DNA of 64,000 bases from Haliotis cracherodii (Eukaryota), in contig NW_027266319.1 in assembly GCF_022045235.1 (NCBI RefSeq), positions 55,924,001 through 55,988,000 of the forward strand, in the 5' to 3' direction. Numbering within the stretch: the first letter of the stretch is position 1; the number at the start of each line of letters is the position of its first letter. A model generated the notes under the pieces. It saw only the letters and a list, made by a program, of their open reading frames with translations, ran no database searches and had not been told where the DNA came from. Below are positions 51,325 through 64,000 of this stretch, one piece after another. The position numbers and the translations under genes are program-made.

Positions 51325-53363
51325 CTTGGGATGTATTCTGCAGTGAAAATAAATTCTTTTAGCGTGTGAGCGAGTTGGGTTTAACGCAGCTATTAACAGT
51401 TATATCACGGCGTGTCAGCTTAATATGGGAGGGAAGGCCGCAGTGATGCAGGTTTTAGACGTTTACCACTTCGGCGAGACCCACGAGCACAGGTATGGTG
51501 CTTACAAACATAGAAACATAATCGGGGTGAACCGGGATTCAAACCCACAATCTGGCGTGCCCAAGGAACGCAACTCAGCACAGCGAATTGCGGCGCCTTA
51601 GACGACTGAGCCCCCCGTGCCCCACTGAATTGTTTTAAGAAGCCGCATTCTCATGTGGGTGTGATTATTGTTGCTGATTGCCTTATGAAACGTTGATTGC
51701 TTAAGATGTAATGGATTTGACGACTGACTATCATTACAAACAATTAAATCCTCAGTTAAATCCACATTTTGTAACCAATGCCAACTGAAATGATAAGTTA
51801 CACGTAAACTAATCAGACAGATAGTGCATAAAGTATTACTCACCAGAAGGACACGAGACAGGTCACAGTTGTTATGAATGTCGTGTCCCTGGTATTTATA
51901 CATTCTTTCCATTCATCAACCCGTGAAGTGAATCTGTTGCCAAAATATGTTAAGTGCCTGTTTGACAGAAACGTGCAAATGTAAACATGAAAAGAGATAA
52001 GTATCTACTTAGTCCACACCTCCTAATTGTCCTCTTTACGAGGGCTGTGTGTGAAGTGTATTTGTGTGTGATATCTATTTTTTTAAATTGTTTGAGAATA
52101 TTTAAAAGAAACTAAAAGAGGACGCCCCACTGAGACAATATCTGTAAAGTGCGCTTATACAATAAAGTCAATTGACCTGTGACCCAGTGGTAATTTCAGG
52201 CATCAGTTGTTTTGAAGGCCTCCAGTGTTTGCTGAATGGAAAATATATATTTTTCTCAGAGATGGCCATATACACCTCTGGTACACAAATATTAGAAATT
52301 ATAGCAGTATCCAGCTCGTGGTTTAAAACCTAACGTGGGACGCACAAATTCACATATACCCCTTGTGATACTGCCACAACGATTCGTAGCAGGGTGCAAG
52401 ATATATGGCCTCGCTCATAAATACACGTGCAGCATGTTTTCTTCATGTCGGGGTATACGGGATATATTGTCCCACTCAGAAATGTATTTCCCTCCCACTT
52501 GAGATACGTAGAATTTTATCAGTATCACATGAACCAATTAGATCTGAATATTCTGACATGGAGGTGTGATAAGTTTCTTTTAAATATTCTCAAACAAAAT
52601 TTTTAAAAATAAATATCACACACAAATACACTTCACACAAACCCTCGTAAAGAGGACAATTAGGAGGTGTGGACTAAGTAGATACTTATCTCTTTTCATA
52701 TTTACATTTGCACGTTTCTGTCAAACAGGCACTTAACATATTTTGGCAACAGATTCACTTCACGTGTTGATGAATGGAAAGAATGTATAAATACCAGGGA
52801 CACGACATTCATAACAACTGTGACCTGTCTCGTGTCCTTCTGGTGAGTAATACTTTATGCACTATCTGTCTGATTAGTTTACGTGTAACTTATCATTTCA
52901 GTTGGCATTGGTTACAAAATGTGGATTTAACTGAGGATTTAATTGTTTGTAATGATAGTCAGTCGTCAAATCCATTACATCTTAAGCAATCAACGTTTCA
53001 TAAGGCAATCAGAAACAATAATCACACCCACATGAGAATGCGGCTTCTTAAAACAATTCAGTGGGGCACGGGGGGCTCAGTCGTCTAAGGCGCCGCAATT
53101 CGCTGTGCTGAGTTGCGTTCCTTGGGCACGCCAGATTGTGGGTTTGAATCCCGGTTCACCCCGATTATGTTTCTACGTTTGTAAGCACCATACCCGTGCT
53201 CGTGGGTCTCGCCGAAGTGGTAAACGTCTAAAACCTGCATCACTGCGGCCTTCCTTCCCATATTAAGCTGACACGCCGTGATATAACTGTTAATATAGCT
53301 GCGTTAAACCCAACTCGCTCACACGCTAAAACAATTTATTTTCACTGCAGAATACATCCCAAG

Positions 53364-54586
53364 ATGCGTTTGTTCCTTGTCCTCCTGCTTGTGGCCATAG
53401 TCTCCATCCCTCAGTCTGATGCTTGGGGACGACGGAGACGACGGTTCGTTAGATGGCGCACAGTTGGCACAATAGCAAAGATTGGAGCCAGGGTGTTGTT
53501 GGGTGAGTGAAGCCAAAGAGTACTTCATTAAGTGCCTGACATACAGTATCTTCTATTTTCCCAAACTGTAATGGAGTTACGGTTTTAATTATAGAACAAT
53601 GAGCGGCTGTAGTAGGACCAAATCGGTGGTGTGTCAAGTACATTAACGTCTCTCTTTTACATCAGGTTCAAATGAAAGTAATAAATTAAATGCCTAAGAG
53701 GCCAACTTTGCTTTCAGTGTAAAAATTGTAACTGAAAGGATGCTTTCTATAATCATGCAGTTGTGTAGACCGATGCTCATGATATAAGTCACTGGATTGT
53801 CTGTGCCACACCCAGTTATTTAAGTCCCACTGTTATATTACCTGGAATATTGCTGAACGAAAACGGACACCGAACATTGTTTTTGAATGAATGGAAATAT
53901 TACATGGACTAGTCTATTCTAGAAAACGAACATAATGAAAATGTGATCATGTCATTAAGCACTACAGAATGAGACAGAATGGTGTTCGCTATTTGTTTTG
54001 ATGTAAATCTTAGTCAGCCAGCCGAAGAGCTACATACGATGACGATTTGAAATGGAAACGAGTATATGTTTTGGAATGTTACTGTAGATGTATATGAATA
54101 TGTTCATTTGATATCAATACTCATAGCCTGATTAAAAGTGACCACTATCTCATATTCCTTAACCGAAAATGCATTCGTGTTCTTTCATTTTGTATCTTTC
54201 CAAACATGACTATTTTCTTTCAAGGCAAACGTAATGTGGATAACCTTGATACAAACATGGACGGCACAATTGACCTGTCCGAAGCTGAGACGCTAATGGA
54301 CAGACGATCGGCCATGGAGCTCCTTTCGTTCTCAGATGAAAATGGTAAGAGCTTTTGCCTTCAACTTCATTGATACAAATGAAATGTTTATTACTTTTAA
54401 AATAATGTAATTATTTGTCAAATGTTTGTATTTGTTTACTCTCATGGGTAATGTGGACCCTTTTCCCGAATAAATCTGACTCCAGAACATTTATTTTGAC
54501 TGACTGCAACAACCTTTCTCCATTTAGGAGACTCAAGCGTGAGTTTGGAAGAGTTCGCAAGGAGCATCAACAACTTGGAGCAATGA
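53364..54586 (+). CDS. Secreted cationic peptide precursor with two EF-hands, copy 8 (105 aa, ends LEQ*)
   Basis: Coding exons 53364-53502, 54225-54344, 54528-54586; cagtgagt>caatgagt removes the GT but leaves Gln-stop; terminal exon from 54745. Confidence 0.83.
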
Positions 54587-55564
54587 GTCAAATGTAAGGT
54601 GGAGTAAATCTTACTGCAATGATCCGTTTTATACAGTAGAAACCGTCATCCGTTCAACATAACTGTATCTGAAAATGTATGCTTCAGCAATAATTTCATG
54701 TCAAATATGCCAAGATCATATGATTTGATGTATTTCTTTTGTAGATCACTCTATTGAAGAGACACTGGCATCGCACTTTGAAGGCGATTTCGAGGATGTA
54801 TTCCTGAATAGTGTTCCCACAAGTCAATAGTTTCAATAAATAATTATAACAATCACCTTTGTTGTGTCTTGCTCATTAAAGACGTCTTTACAGGTGTCAT
54901 TTCAGACAACAGGTGATCCAATATGTAATGCTTGTATCTGATTTCTAATGTGTTATCTACCACCATCTCGTTCAACATAATATTGATCTGCAATCGTACA
55001 ACAACATAATCAGCAAAATGTATATTATATCAAGTATATCTGATATACAATATTTGTTTTGTTTGTTGTTTGTTTAATCGTACAACATCACCAGCAAAGG
55101 TAGTTCCTCAAAAGGAGATATGACATGAACATATGTATGTTCACATTGTTCTACACTGACATCTTTTGCAGTTTTTAAAAAAATATATTCAAATAATATC
55201 ATCATGAGATGAGAAAGGTATATGATGTTTAATTGTTTGTTTGTTGTTGAACGCCGCACTCAGCAATATTCCAGCTATATGACGGCGGTCTGTAAATAAT
55301 CGAGTATGGACCAGACAATCCAGTGATTAATATCATGAAAATAATTCCACGCAATTGGTATTCGATGACATGCATCAACCAAGTCAGCGAGTCTAACCAC
55401 CCGATCCCGTTAGTCGCTTCTTACGACAAGCATGGTCGCCTTATGGTTTGCTGAAGACCTATTCTATCCCGGATCTTCACGGCTCGTTATGTTAAGCGAG
55501 TGAATGAGATAGTTCAATGTTAACGTCACATCGACAATACACTATTTCAGTCATATCATGACGA

Positions 55565-55700
55565 NNNNNNNNNNNNNNNNNNNNNNNNNNNNNNNNNNNN
55601 NNNNNNNNNNNNNNNNNNNNNNNNNNNNNNNNNNNNNNNNNNNNNNNNNNNNNNNNNNNNNNNNNNNNNNNNNNNNNNNNNNNNNNNNNNNNNNNNNNNN
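55565..55700. other. Assembly gap
   Basis: Run of N replacing the (CA)n tract. Confidence 0.99.
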
Positions 55701-58700
55701 ACTAGATTATCACAGTTTCAAATTAAATCAAGTTGAGAGCATGTAAAAGACAACAACAACACAATATAAAAAACGGACAAGGAACCGTAGGGACGATACT
55801 TCTGCCACCTGCACGGTTCCCCAGCAGAATTGACACTATCCCTTCAGCTGCTGGCAAGTGTAGTCAGTTTAATCCACCAGTTAAAACTAACAAATAAACT
55901 ACGCTTATAAATGTGATAGTTTAAATTTACTTTGAAAGATGTGGAACGTATGTACCGTGTCAAGGGGACACTGATATCAGATTCTTTATTCTCCATAGAC
56001 CACCGACGGTGGTACAAGAGCATACATAAAGTACAGAGATAAATATAATATGTACATCAAGACGGCTGTGTGCATTTAGAGTTAGCATTCAAGGTGTTAA
56101 ATACAAATAATACATATACATTATGCATGTGGAACGTATGTACCCTCTCAGGGGGACACTGATATCACTGTACTTGGATTCAACCACAAACAATCTCAGT
56201 TGCGAATTTGAAAACATGTTTTTAAAAAAAATATTAACAAAAATATTTCAAATAATTCTATATCCTTTAAAAGCCAATATTTAAACGAGAATTAATTCTA
56301 CGAAAAAGTTCTTTAATAGATGATGATTTGAAACATTGATCTTTCATCACAAGGGATGCAGAATGGAGGGTCCTCACCTTTCAATAAATGTTCATGACTT
56401 TAGCGTCAATGGCCAATACGACATCATCGGGTTTTGACCTTTCCAAATCTGGACTGACTAACCAAAATCGGTGTAACCGATGGTTGGTGTAATTTCATGT
56501 AGCGTATTTACACCTACTCGGGTGTCCCTCTTCTTTTGCATGAGGGGGCACGGGGGGCCCAGTCGTCTAAGGCGCCGCTATTCACTTGAACACACCAGAA
56601 ACCTATGATTGTGGGTTCGAATCCCAGTTCGCCCCGATTATGTTTCTAGGTTTGTCAGCACCATACCCGTGCTCGTGGGTTTCACCGAAGTGGTAAACGT
56701 TTGAAACCTGCATCACTTCGGACTTTCCTCCCACATTAAGCTGACAGGCCGTGATATAACTGGAATATTGTTAAAAGCGGCGTTAAACCCAACTCACTCA
56801 CTCACTCCTTTGCATGATATCTTTGAAGTAACATCTAAATACAAGTTTATAATCACTGTATGGACTTAGAAGTGGTGTCACAGATTTGTTGAGTGTTTTT
56901 GCAGCCGTATCGGCCATTGAAACATGGCTGGGTAACCACCAAAAGACGATGTCATATTGGCCAGTAGCTATTAAAACACGCCAGATCATTAAAACACGCA
57001 AAAATATCGACCAAGAGTGGATGTGGATAGTGACATTAGCAACTGTGCCACCATCCTTGGATCCATCTGTAAGAAGAAAACAGCGTTATCTCTATCCCCC
57101 GCCATTATAATTATATTTGTTCATTTAGTAGTGGATATAACCAACGCAAAGTATCAATATGCATGTTTCAAAGTAGAGTAGAGGAATGCCTAATATGACG
57201 CAGGTAGTGGATGCGTATGGTGCTGGCAGGCCAATCTGAACCCACGACCACCTATTTGGGAAGAAAGCGGAAGTTGTATAAAGTAGTAGTATGAATTGTG
57301 TCATGTATTCATACGTCATACAGCTTAGCTACTGGTCTAGTGCAATGAGAAAAACTCAGTGATTCTGCGTCGGTTTGGAAATAGAGTGGTTTGTTTTGAC
57401 AATGACATATTCATTGATCTGTGCATGATAATTATAGATGCATCCTTTCTGATGACATCGATCATACATTTGACCATTGTAACACATCATGAAATAGTAA
57501 AGTGTCAGTCAGCTACAGCTGAATATTCTTTGGTGTGTTTACAGTATTCATGAATAGACATTGTATTTAATGATGCATTACAACCATAATTAAAAGTAAT
57601 GTGATAAAAGTCAATATTGAAGAGTAACATCACCAGCATGTACGTGTGCATACCAACTCCTGTGGGGAACAGTTGGTATTATTGCAGTCATGCCTTGCGA
57701 CTTGGGAGTAAAGCCGCTTTTAACAGTATTCCAGTTATATCGTGGCCTGTCAGCTTAATGTGGGAGGAAAGTCCGAAGTGATGCAGGTTTCAAACGTTTA
57801 CCACTTCGGTGAAACCCACGAGCACGGGTATGGTGCTGACAAACCTAGAAACATAATCGGGGCGAACTGGGATTCGAACCCACAATCATAGGTTTCTGGT
57901 GTGTTCAAGGGACACGACTCTGCACAGCGAATCGCGGCGCCTTAGACGACTGGGCCACCTGTGACCCCTCATGCAAAAGAAGAGGGACACCCGAGTAGGT
58001 GTAAATACACTACATGAAATTACACCAACCATCGGTTACACCGATTTTGGTTAGTCAGTCCAGATTTGGAAAGGTCAAAAACCGATGATGTCGTATTGGC
58101 CATTGACGCTAAAGTCATGAACATTTATTGAAAGGTGAGGACCCTCCATTCTGCATCCCTTGTGATGAAAGATCAATGTTTCAAATCATCATCTATTAAA
58201 GAACTTTTTCGTAGAATTAATTCTCGTTTAAATATTGGCTTTTAAAGGATATAGAATTATTTGAAATATTTTTGTTAATATTTTTTTAAAAACATGTTTT
58301 CAAATTCGCAACTGAGATTGTTTGTGGTTGAATCCAAGTACAGTGATATCAGTGTCCCCCTGAGAGGGTACATACGTTCCACATGAATAATGTATATGTA
58401 ATATTTGTATTTAACACCTTGAATGCTAACTCTAAATGCACACAGCCGTCTTGATGTACATATTATATTTATCTCTGTACTTTATGTATGCTCTTGTACC
58501 ACCGTCGGTGGTCTATGGAGAATAAAGAATCTGATATCAGTGTCCCCCTGAGAGGGTACATACGTTCCACATCTTTCAAAGTAAATTTAAACTATCACAT
58601 TTATAAGCGTAGTATATTTGTTAGTTTTAACTGGTGGATTAAACTGACTACACTTGCCAGCAGCTGAAGGGATAGTGTCAATTCTGCTGGGGAACCGTGC

Positions 58701-58807
58701 AGGTGGCAGTATCGTCCCTACGGTTCCTTGTCCGTTTTTTATATTGTGTTGTTGTTGTCTTTTACATGCTCTCAACTTGATTTAATTTGAAACTGTGATA
58801 ATCTAGT

Positions 58808-58947
58808 NNNNNNNNNNNNNNNNNNNNNNNNNNNNNNNNNNNNNNNNNNNNNNNNNNNNNNNNNNNNNNNNNNNNNNNNNNNNNNNNNNNNNNNNNNNNN
58901 NNNNNNNNNNNNNNNNNNNNNNNNNNNNNNNNNNNNNNNNNNNNNNN
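58808..58947. other. Assembly gap
   Basis: Run of N replacing the (TG)n tract. Confidence 0.99.
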
Positions 58948-59535
58948 NTGTATTGTCGATATGACGTTAACATTGAACTATCTCACTCACTCGCTTAACA
59001 TAACGAGCCGTGAAGATCCGGGATAGAATAGGTCTTCAGCAAACCATAAGGCGACCATGCTTGTCGTAAGAAGCGACAAACGGGATTGGGTGGTTAGGCT
59101 CGCTGACTTGGTTGATGCATGTCATCGTATGCCAATTGCGTGGAATTATTTTCATGATATTAATCACTGGATTGTCTGGTCCATACTCGATTATTTACAG
59201 ACCGCCGTCATATAGCTGGAATATTGCTGAGTGCGGCGTTCAACAACAAACAAACACTCAAACATCATATACCTTTCTCATCTCATGATGATATTATTTG
59301 AATATATTTTTTTAAAAACTGCAAAAGATGTCAGTGTAGAACAATGTGAACATACATATGTTCATGTCATAACTCCTTTTGAGGAACTACCTTTGCTGGT
59401 AATGTTGTACGATTAAACAAACAACAAACAAAACAAATATTGTATATCAGATATACTTGATATAATATACATTTTGCTGATTATGTTGTTGTACGATTGC
59501 AGATCAATATTATGTTGAACGAGATGGTGGCAGTG

Positions 59536-61084
59536 CGACCGGCGGCGGAAGTCGTCTTGTCAAGCGGTAGCTGACAGTTGGGTCCGCGGCGGGAGCCGCA
59601 CAATGGTTTTGCTAATGGGGCCGGGCAGTGTGATCTGCTTTGGCCGGCTACCTGGGGCCGGGCAGCGGCAGTCTGACTTAGGCCAGCAGCGTGGAGCTGC
59701 TTTTGGCAACGTGGGAGTTGCCAAGCAATGGTAGCGTTTAAATATGCTACCGTGGGGGCCGGACAGCGGTAGCAGTCTCAGGCCAGCAGCGCTAGCTGCA
59801 ATCGCCGTCGGCCACGCGCGTGGCCATGGCAACGGTAGCATTTTTGGTATATACAATTAGCAGCTAAGTAGCCCACTAGTACCTGCACACCCTCGGCCAT
59901 TTAACCCAATCTCATCTTCTGTTTTATTACAGGCACGGGCACCAACGGCTCGGTGGCCCGTGCCTCTCCTTGGCATATCGCGGGATAATTACATTTAGTA
60001 CTAACTACTAAATGACTTTATCGCGCGTATCCAAACCATGGGCTAATTACGTCTGTAACCCAATCACCCCTCGTAACTCAATCACCCCGGGCCACCACTC
60101 GGCACCGTGCCCGGGGAATAATCCCGCGCAAGCATCATCCCGCCCTTTGTTAGTCCGTCATTCGCGAGCAGCCCTTCCCCAAGTACACACGTGTGTCACT
60201 GTATCTAATCCCCGTATCCAGCGATGTGATTGGCTGGGGCCGCGTCACCGTCGGCCTCGTTGTGCGCATCGGGGATTCTCCCTATGTTGGGCGAAATGGC
60301 GGGAGAACTAAAACCAAGCCTTACTTGTTGGTTTGCGCTAACCGGGCCGGGCGCTGAATGTTCCAGCAACTGGAGTATTTTTCCCAGTTGCTCGTTTACC
60401 TGGGTAGCCGAGTTGGCAACCTGCGCGGCATTTACAAGCTGCGCCGATTGTACGTTAATTCTGTTGCCACCTTCGATATTTCCGTAATTGGCAGACTCAC
60501 CATCAGCTGTTGTCTCCTGTACAATGTGTACTCCCGGGGTTTGTCTTCTGGTTGTCCTGGCCTGCTTGGCTCCCCTCACAAGCTTGTGGTTGACGGTTGC
60601 TCTTCTCTTGGGAGGCATCACGAAAAGTCGGGGTGGTGAGTTGGTATTCCACAAGCGTAAATTGTCCCGAGGGTGAAGTTCGGGAGTAGAGCGGAATAAA
60701 TGCGATACGGCGAGTGCTGAAATAGATGGTATTCAAAGCGTAATCGGCGAAACGGTCGCGATTGTGTAAATGCGATACGGCGAGTGTTGGAATAGATGGT
60801 ATTCAAAGCGTAATCGGCGAAACGTTCGCAACTGGGTACAAAGGAAACGTAAAATGGGAAAGCGATTAGATACAGTGACACACGTGTGTACTTGGGGAAG
60901 GGCTGCTCGCGAATGACGGACTAACAAAGGGCGGGATGATGCTTGCGCGGGATTATTCCCCGGGCACGGTGCCGAGTGGTGGTCCGGGGTGATTGAGTTA
61001 CGAGGGGTGATTGGGTTACAGACGTAATTAGCCCATGGTTTGGATACGCGCGATAAAGTCATTTAGTAGTTAGTACTAAATGTA
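59536..61084 (-). mobile_element. GC-rich 1.55-kb insertion with ~220-bp inverted repeats and a truncated gag-like ORF (possible deleted DIRS-like element)
   Basis: Absent from other units; 30-bp flank duplication 59506-59535/61085-61114; inverted repeats 59989-60210/60864-61085; minus-strand ORF MPPKRRAT... truncated at the repeat; 70-bp tandem duplication 60697-60830. Confidence 0.7.
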
Positions 61085-61311
61085 AATATTATGTTGAACG
61101 AGATGGTGGCAGTGAACACATTAGAAAACAGATACAAGCATTACATATTGGATCACCTGTTGTCTGAAATGACACCAGTAAAGACGTTTTTAATGAGCAA
61201 GACACAACAAAGGTGATTGTTATAATTATTTATTGAAACTATTGACTTGTGGGAACACTATTCAGGAATACATCCTCGAAATCGCCTTCAAAGTGCGATG
61301 CCAGTGTCTCT

Positions 61312-62697
61312 TCAATAGAGTGATCTACAAAAGAAATACATCAAATCATATGATCTTGGCATATTTGACATGAAATTATTGCTGAAGCATACATTTTCAG
61401 ATACAGTTATGTTGAACGGATGACGGTTTCTACTGTATAAAACGGATCATTGCAGTAAGATTTGCTCCACCTTACATTTGACTCACTGCTCCAAGTTGTT
61501 GATGCTCCTTGCGAACTCTTCCAAACTCACGCTTGAGTCTCCTAAATGGAGAAAGGTTGTTGCAGTCAGTCAGAATATATGTTCAGGAGTCAGATTTATT
61601 CGGGAAAAGGGTCCACATTACCCATGAGCGTCAAAACTAATACAAACACTTGACAAATAATTACATTATTTTAAACATTTCATTTGTATCAATGAAGTTG
61701 AAGGCAAAAGCTCTTACCATTTTCATCTAAGAACGAAAGGAGCTCCATGGCCGATCGTCTGTCCATTAGCGTCTCAGCTTCGGACAGGTCAATTGTGCCG
61801 TCCTTGTTTGTATCAAGGTTATCCACATTACGTTTGCCTTGAAAGAAAATAGTCATGTTTGGAAAGATACAAAATGAAAGAACACGAATGCATTTTCGGT
61901 TAAGGAATATGAGATAGTGGTCACTTTTAATCAGGCTATGAGTATTGATATCATTGAACATATTCATATACATCTACAGTAACATTCCAAAACATATACT
62001 CGTTTCCATTTCAAATCGTCATCGTATGTAGCTCTTCGGCTGGATGACTAAGATTTACATCAAAACAAATAGCGAACACCATTCTGTCTCATTCTGTAGT
62101 GCTTAATGACATGATCACATTTTCATTATGTTCGTTTTCTAGAATAGACTAGTCCATGTAATATTTTCATACATTCAAAAACAATGTTCGGGGTCCGTTT
62201 TCGTTCAGCAATATTCCAGGTAATATAACAGTGGGACTTAAATAACTGGGTGTGGCACAGACAATCCAGTGACTTATATCATGAGCATCGGTCTACACAA
62301 CTGCATGATTATAGAAAGCATCCTTTCGGTTACAATTTTTACACTGAAAGCAGAGTTGGCCTTTTAGGCATTTAATTTATTACTTTCATTTGAACCTGAT
62401 GTAAAAGAGAGACGTTAATGTACTTGATACATCACCGATTTGGTCCTACTACAGCCGCTCATTGTTCTATAACTTAAAACGTAACTCCATTACAGTTTGG
62501 GAAAATAGAAGATACTGTATGTCAGGCACTTAATGAAGTACTCTTTGGCTTCACTCACCCAACAACACCCTGGCTCCAATCTTTGCTATTGTGCCAACTG
62601 TGCGCCATCTAACGAACCGTCGTCTCCGTCGTCCCCAAGCATCAGACTGAGGGATGGAGACTATGGCCACAAGCAGGAGGACAAGGAACAAACGCAT
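61312..62697 (-). CDS. Secreted cationic peptide precursor with two EF-hands, copy 9 (M58K, S83L)
   Basis: Coding exons 62697-62559, 61837-61718, 61541-61487, 61324-61312; open frame; protein same as copy 7. Confidence 0.85.
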
Positions 62698-64000
62698 CTT
62701 GGGATGTATTCTGCAGTGAAAATAAATTCTTTTAGCGTGTGAGCGAGTTGGGTTTAACGCAGCTATTAACAGTTATATCACGGCGTGTCAGCTTAATATG
62801 GGAGGGAAGGCCGCAGTGATGCAGGTTTTAGACGTTTACCACTTCGGCGAGACCCACGAGCACAGGTATGGTGCTTACAAACATAGAAACATAATCGGGG
62901 TGAACCGGGATTCGAACCCACAATCTGGCAACTCAGCACAGCGAATTGCGGCGCCTTAGACGACTGAGCCCCCCGTGCCCCACTGAATTGTTTAAAGAAG
63001 CCGCATTCTCATGTGGGTGTGATTATTGTTGCTGATTGCCTTATGAAACGTTGATTGCTTAAGATGTAATGGATTTGACGACTGACTATCATTACAAACA
63101 ATTAAATCCTCAGTTAAATCCACATTTTGTAACCAATGCAAACTGAAATGATAAGTTACACGTAAACTAATCAGACAGATAGTGCATAAAGTATTACTCA
63201 CCAGAAGGACACGAGACAGGTCACAGTTGTTATGAATGTCGTGTCCCTGGTATTTATACATTCTTTCCATTCATCAACCCGTGAAGTGAATCTGTTGCCA
63301 AAATATGGTAAGTGCCTGTTTGACAGAAACGTGCAAATGTAAATATGAAAAGAGATAAGTATCTACTTAGTCCACACCTCCTAATTGTCCTCTTTACAAG
63401 GGCTGTGTGTGAAGTGTATTTGTGTGTGATATCTATTTTTTTAAATTGTTTGAGAATATTTAAAAGAAACTTATCACACCTCCATGTCAGAATATTCAGA
63501 TCTAATTGGTTCATTTGATACTGATAAAACTCTACGTATCTCAAGTGGGAGGGAAATACATTTCTGAGTGGGAAAATATATCCCGTATACCCCGACATGA
63601 AAAAAACCAGGCTACACGTGTATTCATGAGCGAGGCCATATATATTGCACCCTGCTACGAAGCACAAAGCTGCACATTGTTTACGAGTCAAAGAACGACA
63701 CGAGAGACATCACAAGTTACCCTTAGCTCATTCGAGCAGTGGTTTTCTATCTGTTTTCAATTTGTTTTAATTTTTAATCGTTGTGGCAGTATCACACAGG
63801 GTATATGTGAATTGTGCGTCCCACGTTAGGTTTTAAACCACGAGCTGGATACTGCCACAACTTCTAATATTTGTGTACCAGAGGTGTATATGGCCATCTC
63901 TGAGAAAAATATATATTTTCCATTCAGCAAACACTGGAGGCCTTCAAAACAACTGATGCATGAAAATACCACTGGGTCACAGGTCAATTGAATTTATTGT

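Larger units (their letters stand above)
2770..64000. repeat. Array of ~3.5-5 kb units in strictly alternating orientation (five tail-to-tail palindromic pairs)
   Basis: Tail-to-tail centres ~7480-8040, ~17890, ~32910, ~46920-47950, ~56810-57710; head-to-head joins ~13550-13660, 21960-30125, ~36665, ~52115. Confidence 0.92.

Overview
Eukaryotic, AT-rich genomic DNA with GT-AG introns, LINEs/SINEs and four N gaps; the repeat types suggest a marine invertebrate, probably a mollusc (inference). The window is an array of alternately oriented copies (+,-,+,-,[+ remnant],-,+,-,+,-) of one small intron-containing gene that the ORF track misses. Spliced by hand, it encodes a ~105-108 aa secreted precursor: a 20-aa signal peptide, then the Cys-free cationic peptide WGRRRRRFVRWRTVGTIAKIGARVLL (+9), a G-K-R amidation/cleavage site, and an acidic tail (net about -11) with two canonical EF-hand loops (DTNMDGTIDLSE, DENGDSSVSLEE). 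This looks like an expanded family of amidated host-defence peptides with a Ca2+-binding propiece; function is inferred, not shown. Eight copies have open frames, one is a pseudogene and one is an upstream-only remnant. Copies form five tail-to-tail palindromic pairs with signs of gene conversion between head-to-head neighbours. Mobile elements in the array: two copies of an RNase H-bearing I-group LINE (one carrying a nested RTEX-like LINE), a complete Ngaro-type tyrosine-recombinase retroelement with an SGNH ORF, a deleted inverted-repeat (DIRS-like) insertion, a 1-kb hairpin-ended DNA element, two SINE families and (CA)n tracts.
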